A stretch of DNA of 64,000 bases, taken from Terriglobia bacterium (GTDB lineage Bacteria > Acidobacteriota > Terriglobia > JAJPHL01 > JAPKYU01). The DNA lies in assembly GCA_965206645.1 (NCBI GenBank), contig CBDBKE010000004.1:704001-768000 (forward strand), given 5' to 3'. Shown piece by piece: positions 20,925-30,822 of the stretch; the stretch's first letter is position 1, and every line of letters begins with the position of its first letter. The position numbers and the translations under genes are program-made. A model generated the notes under the pieces. It ran no database searches, was not told the DNA's origin, and saw only the letters and a list, made by a program, of their open reading frames with translations.

Positions 20925-22322
20925 TCAACGGTCAGCGTAGCCGAGGCTCCGCAGCGCCTCCTCATCTTCCTTGCTGAGGCGGCCCTCCGGCTTCAGCTCG
21001 CGGTTCGTGTGCTGGAACCAACCGCTGACTTGTTCGCGGTACGCCTTCGATTCCGAAGCGCTGACTTGCTTCAGGAGACGCTCCACTCGCGCGGTCTCAT
21101 CCAATTGGTAGACCTGCAGCTGTTTTTTGCCGCCTTCCAGCACCACCTTACGCCTGCCAGCCGCAAACCCGAGCAGGGAGGGCACCATCTTGCTCCGGCC
21201 CCACCGCAACATCCAGCTCAGCCAGCTGGGAGCCATCAAGGCGGGTTCGGCGTAGGTCAGGAAGTAGACCGATTCTTGCTTGGACGACGGCTCGGAACTC
21301 TCGACGAAACTCCTTAGGCTCCGTCCTTCCAGTGGAAGACGGTGAGCGATCCCAAGATAGTCCAGGATGGTGGGCATCACATCCAGCAGCCCGACGTCTT
21401 TCGTCACGGTTCGTCCTGGGGGAAGCACTCCGGGGTAGGAAACGACCAACGGGATGCGCACGATTGGCTGATACAGCCTGTCGCCGTGCCCCCAATACTC
21501 GTTCTCGCCCAGGCTCTCCCCGTGGTCGGCCGTCAGCGCGATTAGGGTTCTGTCGCGGACCCCCATCTCGGTTAGCTGGCCCAGAATTTGCCCGACATAG
21601 TGGTCCGTGTAGGCAATTTCACTGTCATAGGCGAGCTGTCGCTCGCTCATCTCCGAAGCCGAAGTGACCCTGGCGGGCACCGAGCCCGCGGAGGAAGCGG
21701 TGGTCGCGGGCAGATGCGCAAATTGCGGGTGCAGGCGATAGGGACCGTGGGGATCGAAATAGTGCACCCAAAGGAAGAAGGGTCGGCCCCGGCGTTTCCT
21801 CAGCCAGCGCAGGGCGGCCGCCGTCACCTGCTGGCCGGTGCGGGCAGTGAGCATCAGCCTGTAGCGATAGTCAAACTCTTCGTTGTAGACATTGAATCCG
21901 CGACCAAGCCCGGTAAGTTTCTTCTTCAGCACCCAGGCACTCACGAAGGCGGCGGTCCGATATTTTAGGCGGCGCAAGATCTGGGCCAGTGTGAGGGGCC
22001 GCGGGCGCGCCGACATCCCCACCCCGTTGATGAAAGCCCCGTGCTGCTGCGGGTACAGCGAAGTCATCAGGGAGACGTGGGCGGGCCCCGTCAGCGGGAT
22101 GGGGCTGTAAGCGTTCTGAAACAGGACACCCTGGGCAGCCAGCTGGTCAATGTTGGGAGAGGTTCGGCGCGGGTAGCCATAGCAGGATAGACGGTCCGCC
22201 CGCAGTGTATCAATGGTGATCAGGACAAGGTTTGGCCGGGGAGTGCGATTCTTGTCCGGCCCCTCCGCCAAAACCAGCGGGGCCATCAAACCCAGCCAAG
22301 CAACGAAAGCCAACTTTCGCAT
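20925..22322 (-). CDS. Sulfatase-family (alkaline phosphatase superfamily) hydrolase
   Basis: PNLVLITIDTLRAD, PLTGPAHVSLMT, WVHYFDPH, TADHGE; signal peptide from MRKLAF. Confidence 0.85.
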   Translation of the reverse strand: MRKLAFVAWLGLMAPLVLAEGPDKNRTPRPNLVLITIDTLRADRLSCYGYPRRTSPNIDQLAAQGVLFQNAYSPIPLTGPAHVSLMTSLYPQQHGAFINGVGMSARPRPLTLAQILRRLKYRTAAFVSAWVLKKKLTGLGRGFNVYNEEFDYRYRLMLTARTGQQVTAAALRWLRKRRGRPFFLWVHYFDPHGPYRLHPQFAHLPATTASSAGSVPARVTSASEMSERQLAYDSEIAYTDHYVGQILGQLTEMGVRDRTLIALTADHGESLGENEYWGHGDRLYQPIVRIPLVVSYPGVLPPGRTVTKDVGLLDVMPTILDYLGIAHRLPLEGRSLRSFVESSEPSSKQESVYFLTYAEPALMAPSWLSWMLRWGRSKMVPSLLGFAAGRRKVVLEGGKKQLQVYQLDETARVERLLKQVSASESKAYREQVSGWFQHTNRELKPEGRLSKEDEEALRSLGYADR

Positions 22323-22606
22323 CCATACCTCCGTTGGTGCGCTGCAGCAAGGCCGCCAGATCTCCCTGCTCTGCTGCGCCCAGGCTCGAGAAACGAACAA
22401 CCTTCTTCCTTGACGCGGCCGGGGCCCTCGGCGCAACCAAAGACCACATCTGCCGGAGCCCATGTTACGGCACCACGCCGGTCTGATTCAGCAGAATTCT
22501 CGATTGTTCGCCTTCGCTGCCGTCACACCTCACGGCTGCCTCTATTGGCTAAAGAAATACCCGGTGGCAGTCGGATGTTGAGCAAGTGTGGTAGATTCAG
22601 ATAAAT

Positions 22607-23956
22607 ATGCCGCCACAAACACCAAGCTGGAGACCTGCGAGCGGGGTAAGGAGCCACGAGCTCGCCCGACGGGTTGCTCGAAGGCTCCATCTGGGACAGA
22701 GGCTCGCCGTTTGGTCTGTGCTGGTGGTCGCGCTGGGAGGCCTGCTTCTCGGCGTGGTGTTTCGCCAGCGACAGGCTGCCGAGGCTCTGCTGGAGCAAGA
22801 GACGCACCTAGCGGCGCAGCAAGCCCACCTACTGGCCTCGCGCCGGACCGTGCACATCGAGAAACGCCTGCCAGCTCGCAGCACGTTCAGCGAGTTCCTG
22901 GAAGACGCCGGCGTCGACGCGGCTACGGTGCAGAAGGTGGTCGAAGAGGCCCGCCCGGTCTACAACCTGGCGCGGGTGCGAGCCGGAAACCGGGTGAGCC
23001 TGGTGACCTCCGCACAGGGGGAGCTGCGAGCCCTCGGTTATCAAATTGACGCCGACCGCCTGCTGTGGGTCACCAAGCAAGCCGGCAGCTACCACGCAGA
23101 ACTGCGGGCCATTCCTTACACTGTCAGTGTCGCGGGCGTGGCGGGTCTCCTCCGTCACTCGCTCTTCGAGGCGGTGGCCGAGCAGGGTGAAGGCGACCTG
23201 CTGACTCTTGAGATCGCCGACATCTTCGGATGGGACATTGATTTCAGCACCGACCCGCGCCCAGGAGATACATTCCAGGTGCTGGTGGAAAAGAAGACTC
23301 TCAATGGACAGCGCTGGGGTTATGGGCGCGTGCTGGCGACCCAGTACCGCAATGCTGGTCATCTTTACCAGGCCGTGCTGTTCCGCGATCCCTCCGGCAA
23401 GCCGGTGTATTATTCCCCCAGCGGGAAATCGGTGGCGAAGGCCTTCCTCCGTTCTCCTCTGAAATTCGGCGCCGCGGTGACCTCCGGCTTCAGCCACCGC
23501 AGGTTTCACCCCATTCTGAGGCGCTACCGCCCCCATTTGGGCGTCGACTACCGGGCCCCGGTGGGCAGCGCTGTCCAGGCCGTCGCCGATGGGCGTGTAG
23601 TATCGGCCGGTTGGGATCGCGGCGGCGGAAAAACAATTCGGCTCCGCCACGCCAAGGGCTACGAGACCTACTACCTGCATCTTTCGCGCATCCTGGTGCG
23701 CCGCGGCCGGCGGGTCCAGCAGGGACAGATCATTGGCCGCAGCGGCGCCACCGGCATGGCTACCGGTCCGCACCTGGATTTCCGCGTGAAACAGGGCGGC
23801 AGGTTTCGCAATTTCTTGAGATTGAAGCTTCCCCCGGCGCGTTCGGTCTCTCACGAAGACTGGGACGAGTTCGTTGCGGTCCGGGATGAGATGCTTGCCC
23901 GACTGGCGGAGTTAGAGGCAGCGCAGGCCGGTCCCGTGCAACAGACTGCTGATTGA
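22607..23956 (+). CDS. M23 peptidoglycan DD-endopeptidase (MepM-like)
   Basis: N-terminal TM; FLRSPL, HLGVDY (HxxxD), YLHLS, TGPHLDF. Confidence 0.9.
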   Translation: MPPQTPSWRPASGVRSHELARRVARRLHLGQRLAVWSVLVVALGGLLLGVVFRQRQAAEALLEQETHLAAQQAHLLASRRTVHIEKRLPARSTFSEFLEDAGVDAATVQKVVEEARPVYNLARVRAGNRVSLVTSAQGELRALGYQIDADRLLWVTKQAGSYHAELRAIPYTVSVAGVAGLLRHSLFEAVAEQGEGDLLTLEIADIFGWDIDFSTDPRPGDTFQVLVEKKTLNGQRWGYGRVLATQYRNAGHLYQAVLFRDPSGKPVYYSPSGKSVAKAFLRSPLKFGAAVTSGFSHRRFHPILRRYRPHLGVDYRAPVGSAVQAVADGRVVSAGWDRGGGKTIRLRHAKGYETYYLHLSRILVRRGRRVQQGQIIGRSGATGMATGPHLDFRVKQGGRFRNFLRLKLPPARSVSHEDWDEFVAVRDEMLARLAELEAAQAGPVQQTAD

Positions 23957-24157
23957 GCGGCCCAGGGGTCGGAGCGGGACAAGCGAGCTTGCCTGAACCT
24001 TGGCCGGCCGAGCTGGATGCGGCCCGAGCGGCAGGCATCGAGACGGCCCTGTGCATCCGCCCCGGGAACCCGAAACCTGCCGCTTGTACTCATCCGCTGA
24101 TCCGCACATTCGACGAGGTTGCCCTTTGAGGAACACCTACAGAACATCGGCCAGTAA

Positions 24158-24509
24158 TTACCACTGCCAGCCCCCAAAGCGAGACCCTACGAGTACCAAG
24201 CCAATGGAGACCGATCCGATTGCGATGCCCCAAAGAAGCTTCCGTTCCAATGCGCGTAATTGTTCATATTGCTGATCAAACTTGGGAAGATCGACAACCT
24301 TCCTAACGGTAGAGCGTTCTTAAGCCGGGCTGGCCACCGCTCCAATTTCTTGCAAAGAAATTCAACTCCGACCAGAGCTCTGGACGCTCTCGCTGGAACC
24401 ATTTTCGGAGTTTACTGGCTTTTCGGGACAATCTGATGTCGCACAAGAACGCATAGACAATCGAGACGCCAGCCAGTGTAACCAGAATTACGATTTGAAG
24501 ACTTGCCAT
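24158..24509 (-). pseudogene. Cassette-borne small membrane protein with one +1 frameshift
   Basis: MASLQIVILV...TLYR stops at 24303; removing one base continues RKVVDLPKFDQQYEQLRALERKLLWGIAIG...GWQW to TAA at 24158. Confidence 0.6.
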
Positions 24510-24546
24510 GAGATTGTTGCAGCCAGAGACTATTGTTTAACAGTTT

Positions 24547-24603
24547 TTCTAACAGACTGGCCTTTAACTGCGTGGCGTGAGGTGGTACGGCGGCTTGTTA
24601 GCT
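24547..24603 (-). other. attC-like site of the ankyrin cassette
   Basis: Minus strand AGCTAAC (contains the ankyrin stop codon) ... GTTAGAA, 57 bp; internal palindrome is degenerate. Confidence 0.55.
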
Positions 24604-24984
24604 TGTCTCTCGAAGCCGTTGTGCCAATTCATTTTGGCCCCGGTGGGCGGCAAGGTCAGAAGCTGTCTTACCGTGAAAACCGGGAGCACCACTCCCGCTG
24701 ATTCCGAGGTCTGCTCCCGCCTCGACTAGTGTTAGAGCGATCTCCGTGTGTCCATTCACAACGGCCAACATGAGCGCGCTGAGATTGTACTTGGCCGTCG
24801 TATCCAAGCCGGCGCCATGCTTCACGAACAGGCGAACCAGGTCAAGATGCCCATTGCGTGCAGCAAGCATCAGTCCTGTTTGTCCAAATCGATCCTTATC
24901 ATTGATGTCCACTCCCGCGTTGATAAGCGACACTATCTTTTTCACATCGGCTCGATGAACCGCCTCCTCCCATTCTTTCGTCAT
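24598..24984 (-). CDS. Ankyrin-repeat protein (gene cassette)
   Basis: GQTGLMLAARNGHLDLVRLFVKHGA, SALMLAVVNGHTEIALTLVEAGAD, GKTASDLA. Confidence 0.88.
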   Translation of the reverse strand: MTKEWEEAVHRADVKKIVSLINAGVDINDKDRFGQTGLMLAARNGHLDLVRLFVKHGAGLDTTAKYNLSALMLAVVNGHTEIALTLVEAGADLGISGSGAPGFHGKTASDLAAHRGQNELAQRLRETS

Positions 24985-25015
24985 CCTTTAAAGACCAAAA
25001 CCATTATTGGCAAAT

Positions 25016-25054
25016 GGCCTAGCCCGCGGGGTCGGGTGTAGCGATTTGTTAGGT
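25016..25054 (-). other. Truncated attC-like site
   Basis: Minus strand ACCTAAC-AAATCGCTACACCCGAC...GCTAGGC; the right half appears deleted. Confidence 0.5.
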
Positions 25055-25244
25055 GACTTCTTCGTACCAAACAGAGACGAACCATGTGGCATGGTTCTAA
25101 ACTGCCTCCACTGGCAGATTGCTTAATCTCAATCACTTTTACAGACGGGTTCTTTTTGAGCCATTCATTGATCTCATTCTCAAGATCGAGGTTCTTTCGC
25201 CGGCCAAAAAAAGAATCTTTTTTTGAGAACAGTTTCACTTTCAT
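25049..25244 (-). pseudogene. Small cassette protein (~64 aa) with one frameshift
   Basis: AGGAGG RBS; MKVKLFSKK...GGSLEP, then after removing one base TWFVSVWYEEVT with the stop inside ACCTAAC. Confidence 0.6.
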
Positions 25245-25272
25245 TTGGTCCTCCTGGATTATTCCTGTAGGC

Positions 25273-25293
25273 ACCTAACTTTTGTTTAGGCTG
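25273..25293 (-). other. attI-like simple site
   Basis: Minus strand CAGCCTAAACAAAAGTTAGGT resembles the attI1 core CCCTAAAACAAAGTTRRRY. Confidence 0.5.
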
Positions 25294-25310
25294 ATCTTTA
25301 AATCTTGTCA

Positions 25311-25394
25311 GGCTAACGCCTCCGAATGGGCCGCGCGCCGCAGCGACAGGATCGAACAGGACAGCGGTGCGTCGGCTCCGTTCGGTCGTTGGAC
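25311..25394 (-). other. attC site of the DinB cassette
   Basis: Minus strand GTCCAAC-GACCGAACGGAGCCGACGC...GCGGCCCATTCGGAGGC-GTTAGCC, an 84-bp imperfect palindrome just after the stop codon. Confidence 0.75.
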
Positions 25395-25401
25395 CGTTGG
25401 C

Positions 25402-25902
25402 CTAGGCTCTCGCGAATGCTTGCCATTCCGATGTCCACTCCTTCCTTAGAAGCAACTCTTCAATGCGATATGCATGGAAGAAATCGTGGAGCGCCAAGTG
25501 GCGAAACATAATGAAAACCGAATAGTGGCTGTACTCCCCGTGCTCGGCCGTCTGGTTCCATTCGACCACCGACAGTTGCCGAAGTCGCTCCACGAGCCTA
25601 CGGCGATCGTCGACGTACTGCCGAAGTGAGTCTTCCAAGTCCATCCCGAGAAGCCGATCGTCTGGGTCGCTGTGGCCGGGATCATAAGGGGTGATGATCG
25701 GCGTAGGTGAGGTGAGGATCTGCTGCAGGCGGTCGAAAAAAAGTTCATGAACCACGGCGAGATGGCACGCATCCTCGTGGGCTGACCACTTCTTGGGCGC
25801 TGGACGTCGCTTGAGCACGACAGGCGGAACATCGCGCACGAGCGGCACAACGATGCTGGGAGCCTGCTCGAGCGCCTCAATTACGGCGGTTGTCGTATCC
25901 AT
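25402..25902 (-). CDS. DinB/YfiT-family four-helix-bundle protein (gene cassette)
   Basis: RRPAPKKWSAHE.ACHLA and RHLALHDFFH metal-binding His pattern. Confidence 0.85.
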   Translation of the reverse strand: MDTTTAVIEALEQAPSIVVPLVRDVPPVVLKRRPAPKKWSAHEDACHLAVVHELFFDRLQQILTSPTPIITPYDPGHSDPDDRLLGMDLEDSLRQYVDDRRRLVERLRQLSVVEWNQTAEHGEYSHYSVFIMFRHLALHDFFHAYRIEELLLRKEWTSEWQAFARA

Positions 25903-25927
25903 GAACTACTCCTTCGTTCAACCAGCG

Positions 25928-25950
25928 GGCTAACTCTTAATTCTGCGGGC
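25928..25950 (-). other. attI-like site at the head of the cassette array
   Basis: Minus strand GCCCGCAGAATTAAGAGTTAGCC immediately before the DinB RBS; no integrase gene upstream. Confidence 0.4.
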
Positions 25951-26157
25951 TGCCCAGGCTTCGCCCAAAAGCATACGACCACCGCCCCGTTCACTCAAGC
26001 TCACATCGCTATCTCCTCTTCCTCGTGTGTGAAAGGCGAGAGTCCCGTCTTGCAGCAGGTTGAGGCCTCCCCCCATGCTTCCCACCGAAAGTTCGCAACC
26101 CGACGCAACCTTGCGGGTTATATCCTGAAGACGGAACCTGGGCAGAGGCTAAAGGCT

Positions 26158-27777
26158 ATGCGCATGATCTTGTATCCAGACCGCAGCGCTTTTTGCCATC
26201 TCTTACTGGCCCTGATCCTTCTTTTTCCCTTGACGCCGGTGACTTGGGCGGACACGGAGCCGGGGACTCCCCTGAGCGAGGAGCAGAAGGCGGAGCACGT
26301 GCTGAACCGGCTGGGCTACGGCCCGCGGCCGGGCGACATCGAGCGCATTCGCAAGCTGGGCGTCCAGGCCTACATCGATCAGCAGTTGAACCCAGAAAAG
26401 ATAAACGACAGCGCGCTGGAAGAACGCCTTGAGCCGCTGGGGACGCTGCGCCTCTCAAGCGGGGAATTGTTCCAGAAATACCCGCGGCCGGGCCAACTGC
26501 TTCGTGTGGCACAGGCCATCCGTGAGGGCCGGCGGGTGCCACCCCACCTCCGCGAGCTCTATGATCGCTTCCTCAAGGACTCGCCCATGAACGACATGCC
26601 CATGATGGAGAAAGGCACGGACCGACGCGCCATGATGAAGCAGATGAGCCCCGAGCAGCGCCGCTTCTTCCGGACGCACTCGCCGCGGCGCATCGTGGTC
26701 GAGCTGCAACAGGCCAAGCTGCTTCGCGCCGTCTATAGCGAGCGCCAGCTTCAGGAGCAAATGGTGGACTTCTGGATGAACCACTTCAACGTCCACATGG
26801 GCAAAGGAATGGGCCGCTGGCTGGTGACCAGCTATGAGCGCGACGCCATTCGCCCGCGCGCGATGGGCAAGTTCCGCGACCTGGTTCTGGCCACCGCCCG
26901 CCACCCGGCCATGCTTTTTTATCTCGACAACTTCCAGAGCTCGGCGCCCAACAGCGGGCGCGGACGTGGGCGGAACCGCAGACGCGGGCTGAACGAGAAC
27001 TACGCGCGCGAGTTGATGGAGCTTCACACACTGGGCGTAGACGGCGGATACACCCAGAAAGACGTGGTAGAAGTGGCGCGCTGCTTCACCGGCTGGACAT
27101 TCCGGCCGCGCCGGGGCGCGGAATACCTCTTCCGCTCTCGCATGCACGACCGCGGCGAAAAGAGCGTGTTGGGGGTCAAGATTCGCGGCGGCGGAGAGCG
27201 GGAGAGTATTCAGGTGATTGACCTGCTGGTGAATCACCCCTCCACGGCTCGGTTCATCGCCACCAAACTGGTCCGCCGCTTCGTTGCCGATGAGCCTCCG
27301 GAGGCACTGGTACAGCGGACCGCTGCCACGTTCCGGCGGAGCGGGGGCGACATCCGCCAGACTGTGCGCACCATCTTCCGCTCCCGGGAGTTCTTTTCCG
27401 CCGAGGCGTATCGGGCCAAGGTCAAGAAGCCGCTGGAGCTGGTGGCCAGCGCGCTGCGCGCCTCCGGCGCCGAGGTCGGCTTCTCGCCGCCATTGCTGCA
27501 AGCCGTGGCGCGCATGGGGGAACCTCTGTATTTGTGCGAGCCACCGACCGGCTACCCCGACGTGGCCCAGGCCTGGGTCAATACCGGCCTGATGCTCAAC
27601 CGAGTTAACTTTGCCACCGCCCTGGCTGCCAACCGGCTCCCCCGTGTGCGAGTCCGGCCCCAGGCGGTGCGCCTGCCGAACCTCAGCCAGCGGACCCAGG
27701 CGGCGCTCAGCAAAGAAAGCGAGCCGGCCAGAATGGCTGGACTGCTTCTCGGGTCGCCGGAATTTCAAAGGAGATGA
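26158..27777 (+). CDS. DUF1800 domain protein
   Basis: HVLNRLGYGPRPGD, QLQEQMVDFWMNHFNV, PAMLFYLDN, NENYARELMELHTLGV, SPEFQRR. Confidence 0.9.
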   Translation: MRMILYPDRSAFCHLLLALILLFPLTPVTWADTEPGTPLSEEQKAEHVLNRLGYGPRPGDIERIRKLGVQAYIDQQLNPEKINDSALEERLEPLGTLRLSSGELFQKYPRPGQLLRVAQAIREGRRVPPHLRELYDRFLKDSPMNDMPMMEKGTDRRAMMKQMSPEQRRFFRTHSPRRIVVELQQAKLLRAVYSERQLQEQMVDFWMNHFNVHMGKGMGRWLVTSYERDAIRPRAMGKFRDLVLATARHPAMLFYLDNFQSSAPNSGRGRGRNRRRGLNENYARELMELHTLGVDGGYTQKDVVEVARCFTGWTFRPRRGAEYLFRSRMHDRGEKSVLGVKIRGGGERESIQVIDLLVNHPSTARFIATKLVRRFVADEPPEALVQRTAATFRRSGGDIRQTVRTIFRSREFFSAEAYRAKVKKPLELVASALRASGAEVGFSPPLLQAVARMGEPLYLCEPPTGYPDVAQAWVNTGLMLNRVNFATALAANRLPRVRVRPQAVRLPNLSQRTQAALSKESEPARMAGLLLGSPEFQRR

Positions 27778-27783
27778 ACGGCC

Positions 27784-29035
27784 ATGCTCACTCGACGATT
27801 CTTCCTTCAAGGATAGCGGGATCGCCGTTGCCGGCCTGGGTTTGTTGCCGTCCTTTCTGGCGCGGGCGGCGGCGACCAACCGCAGCCGGCGGAAAAATAA
27901 GATCCTGATTTCGATCTTCCAGCGCGGGGCAGCCGACGGGTTGAACATGGTGGTGCCCTTCGCCGAGCGCACCTATTACAACCTGCGTCCCTCGATCGCC
28001 ATACCCCCACCCCGGCGGGGTTCCTCTCAGTCAGGGAACGGCGAGGCCTCCATGGATTTGGACGGCTTCTTCGCCCTGCACCCGGCGCTGGCTCCCTTCT
28101 ATCGCCTGTACCAACAGGGACACCTGGCCATCGTTAATGCGGCAGGATCACCTCACAACACCCGGTCTCATTTCGACGCCCAGGATTTCATGGAGACAGC
28201 CACACCCGGAGTGAAGTCCACCACCGACGGCTGGCTGAATCGACACCTGTCGTCGCAGTCGGAGGCCGACGCGACACCGTTCCGCGCCGTGGCTCTGGGG
28301 TCGTCGCTGCCTCGCACACTGCGGGGCCGCGCTCCGGCCCTGGCCATGAGCAGCATCCGGGAATTTCGCGTGCTCGCCGGGGAGGAACGCTTCCGGACTC
28401 TGTACGGTGGGGATGGCTCTGACTTCCTCTACGGTACCGGGCAAGAGATGCTCGGCGCGATCGAGTTCCTGCGGCGTGCCAACCCTGAGCAATACCGGCC
28501 CGCTCGTGGCATCGAGTATCCTCGCAGCCGTTTTGGGCAAAGCCTTCGGCAGATTGCCCAGCTCATCAAGGCCGGCATAGGGCTGGAGGTGGCCTTCGCT
28601 GACCTGGGCGGCTGGGACACTCACGCCAGGCAGGGCTCCCTGAGCGGTCAGCTCCCGAACCGCCTGGCCGATTTCGGCCGCGGAATCGCAGCCCTGTACG
28701 CCGACCTGGGCGATCGCATGGAAGACGTGGTGATTCTGACCATGTCGGAGTTTGGGCGCACGGCGGCGGAAAACGGCAACCGCGGGACCGACCATGGCCA
28801 CGCCAACGCGATGTTTGTGATGGGCGGGATGGTGCGCGGCGGTAAGGTGTACGGCAAATGGCCGGGGCTGGGGCGCGAACAACTCTACGAGGGCCGTGAC
28901 CTGGCTCTAAGCACCGACTTCCGCGACGTGTTTGCCGAACTGATCGCCAGCCACCTCGGCAACCAGAACCTGAGCGCCGTCTTCCCGGGCTTTGACGCGC
29001 AACCCGCGAACTTTCCAGGTCTGCTAAAAGCATAG
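27784..29035 (+). CDS. DUF1501 domain protein (Tat-like leader; 1-bp frameshift near 27806)
   Basis: IFQRGAADGLN, RSHFDAQ, GGWDTH, MSEFGRT, GTDHG. True start MLTRRFF at 27784 is out of frame by one base. Confidence 0.85.
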
Positions 29036-29347
29036 CGTGCTGCTGTTGTGGGACAGGCTCCTTGCCCTGTCCGCTGACCGCTCTCGCCCCGCCTGACTCA
29101 GCAATCGCAACCCAACCCGGCGCCTGAGCTGCCTGGATGCGCGCGGCCGGCTCATTCCAGCCGTTGCGACCTCGTGGCCGGCGAGCGGGTCTCGACTGTG
29201 CGGAGGGTTCACTCCCGACGTTTCTCCCGAACCTGCGGGCGCCAAAGCATGGCAACACGTTGACAAGCCTGTTGCGCTGTGTCATTTTAGGTACTCGTTT
29301 TCGGGGTGGAACCTCTGCTCGGGAGTCATATCATTCAGACCAGACAG

Positions 29348-29788
29348 ATGCCCTCAACGAACCGCGTAGAGGTAACACTGGAGAGCAAGCTGGAGAGTGT
29401 GGAGCAGGCCGAGGAATTGGCCAAGGAGTTTGCCCGCTCCGCCGGCTTTCACGAGGACGATCAGTTTCGGATTGGTATGGCTGTGCGGGAATCCATGGTC
29501 AATGCCGTGCACCATGGAAATCAGTACGACCCGCAGAAGAAGGCCCGCCTGCGCATGGAACTCGAAGCCCGTGAGCTGGTGGTCACCGTGACCGACCAGG
29601 GGTCGGGCTTCGAACTTTCGCTGGTTCCCGACCCTCTGGCAGAGGAGAATCTGCTCAAGCAGTCCGGCCGCGGTGTTTTTCTGATACGGACACTCATGGA
29701 TGAGGTTTCCGTGCGGCGCGTGTCACCGTCGGGAACCGAGATACGAATGGTGAAGCACCCATCGCCGAGCAACGGCAAGGAGGATTAG
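29348..29788 (+). CDS. RsbW-like anti-sigma factor / Ser kinase
   Basis: AVRESMVNAVHHGN, DQGSGF, SGRGVFLIRTLMDEV. Confidence 0.88.
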   Translation: MPSTNRVEVTLESKLESVEQAEELAKEFARSAGFHEDDQFRIGMAVRESMVNAVHHGNQYDPQKKARLRMELEARELVVTVTDQGSGFELSLVPDPLAEENLLKQSGRGVFLIRTLMDEVSVRRVSPSGTEIRMVKHPSPSNGKED

Positions 29789-29790
29789 CG

Positions 29791-30135
29791 GTATCGATCA
29801 AAGCCAATACGCGCCAGGTCAACGGGGTCACAGTGGTGGACGTCAGCGGTCGGATTACGTTGGGCGAGGGTTCGGCTACTCTGCGCGAGACAGTCCGCGA
29901 TTTGCTGAACCGCGGGCAAAAGAAAATCCTGTTGAACCTGGGTGATGTCACCTACATTGACAGTTCCGGGATTGGCGAGCTAGTGAGCGGATTTACCACG
30001 GTCACCAACCAGGGCGGTCAGCTCAAACTGCTGAGTCTCACCAAGAAAGTGCACGATCTGTTGCAGATCACCAAGCTGTACACGGTGTTTGACGTTCACG
30101 ACGAAGAAACTTCGGCGATTCGCAGCTTTTCCTAG
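29791..30135 (+). CDS. STAS-domain anti-sigma factor antagonist (RsbV-like)
   Basis: LNLGDVTYIDSSGIGEL; AGGAGG at 29778 points to an in-frame start at 29791, which reads GTA. Confidence 0.88.
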   Translation, partial: VSIKANTRQVNGVTVVDVSGRITLGEGSATLRETVRDLLNRGQKKILLNLGDVTYIDSSGIGELVSGFTTVTNQGGQLKLLSLTKKVHDLLQITKLYTVFDVHDEETSAIRSFS

Positions 30136-30289
30136 CCGAGGGTCTCTGCACCCGTTAGCCAAGAGGCGGCTCTCTGGCGGTGAGCGGCGTTGGCGTCTCC
30201 GGAGGCCGTGTTGCCCTTCCTTGCAGCCCAACCTCTAGCCTGGCAGACTGCTGAAAACTCCTCTTGAGAGCCCGAACGGTAGGGCACAG

Positions 30290-30652
30290 CTAGGAAGGCC
30301 CGCAGCAGAAACAGGAGTCTGCGGGTCTCTGTGGAGCAAATGCTGCCGCAGGATGGATTTTCGCGCAGCTAAGCTGCTCGGCGCGACTCTTGCGGGTCCG
30401 CTTGGGTTTTGTCTCGTCGGGGAGTGCGCCTACCCGCTGGGCGTTAAGGGAAGCCAGCACCTGCTCGTAGGCCGACAGCTTTTGTTTCTTGGCGCCCCCT
30501 TTACCATGCCGGTATTCATGCTCGTGCTGGCAGGTGCGGCAGCGCACCCTGCTGACTGCCCCCTCCATCATGGAAACCACGGAGTGATTCGTCAGCAGCC
30601 GGCACCGAGTGCAATAGTCGTCAATAATGTCACCTAGGCGAATGTCTGACAT
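30290..30652 (-). CDS. Small zinc-ribbon hypothetical protein
   Basis: GGAGG RBS; DDYCTRC...H...RCRTCQHEH. The C-terminal tail is uncertain. Confidence 0.65.
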   Translation of the reverse strand: MSDIRLGDIIDDYCTRCRLLTNHSVVSMMEGAVSRVRCRTCQHEHEYRHGKGGAKKQKLSAYEQVLASLNAQRVGALPDETKPKRTRKSRAEQLSCAKIHPAAAFAPQRPADSCFCCGPS

Positions 30653-30822
30653 GGCGCCTCCGGGTTTCGGAGCATCAGTTGAGCCCGATCCCCGAGGACT
30701 GGAAAAGTGGGCCAATTATACTGCAACTTCACCTTGCGTCAATAGAGGAACCCCGGCGGGGTTAGTGCATGGAATCTCTTTTAGCGCATTACTCCCGGCG
30801 GCAGTGCAGCAACTCGGCCGTT

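Noticed and set aside
26455-27972. Long antisense ORFs (505 aa here; also 1292-2239, 6923-8116, 11516-12634, 41497-42708)
   Set aside because: They are shadow frames of well-supported genes in high-GC DNA and have no recognisable motifs.
30240-30375. Possible degenerate REP or IS end (CAGACTGCTGAAAA...GTAGGGCACAGC)
   Set aside because: Similarity to the 5929 REP is short and there is no clean inverted partner.
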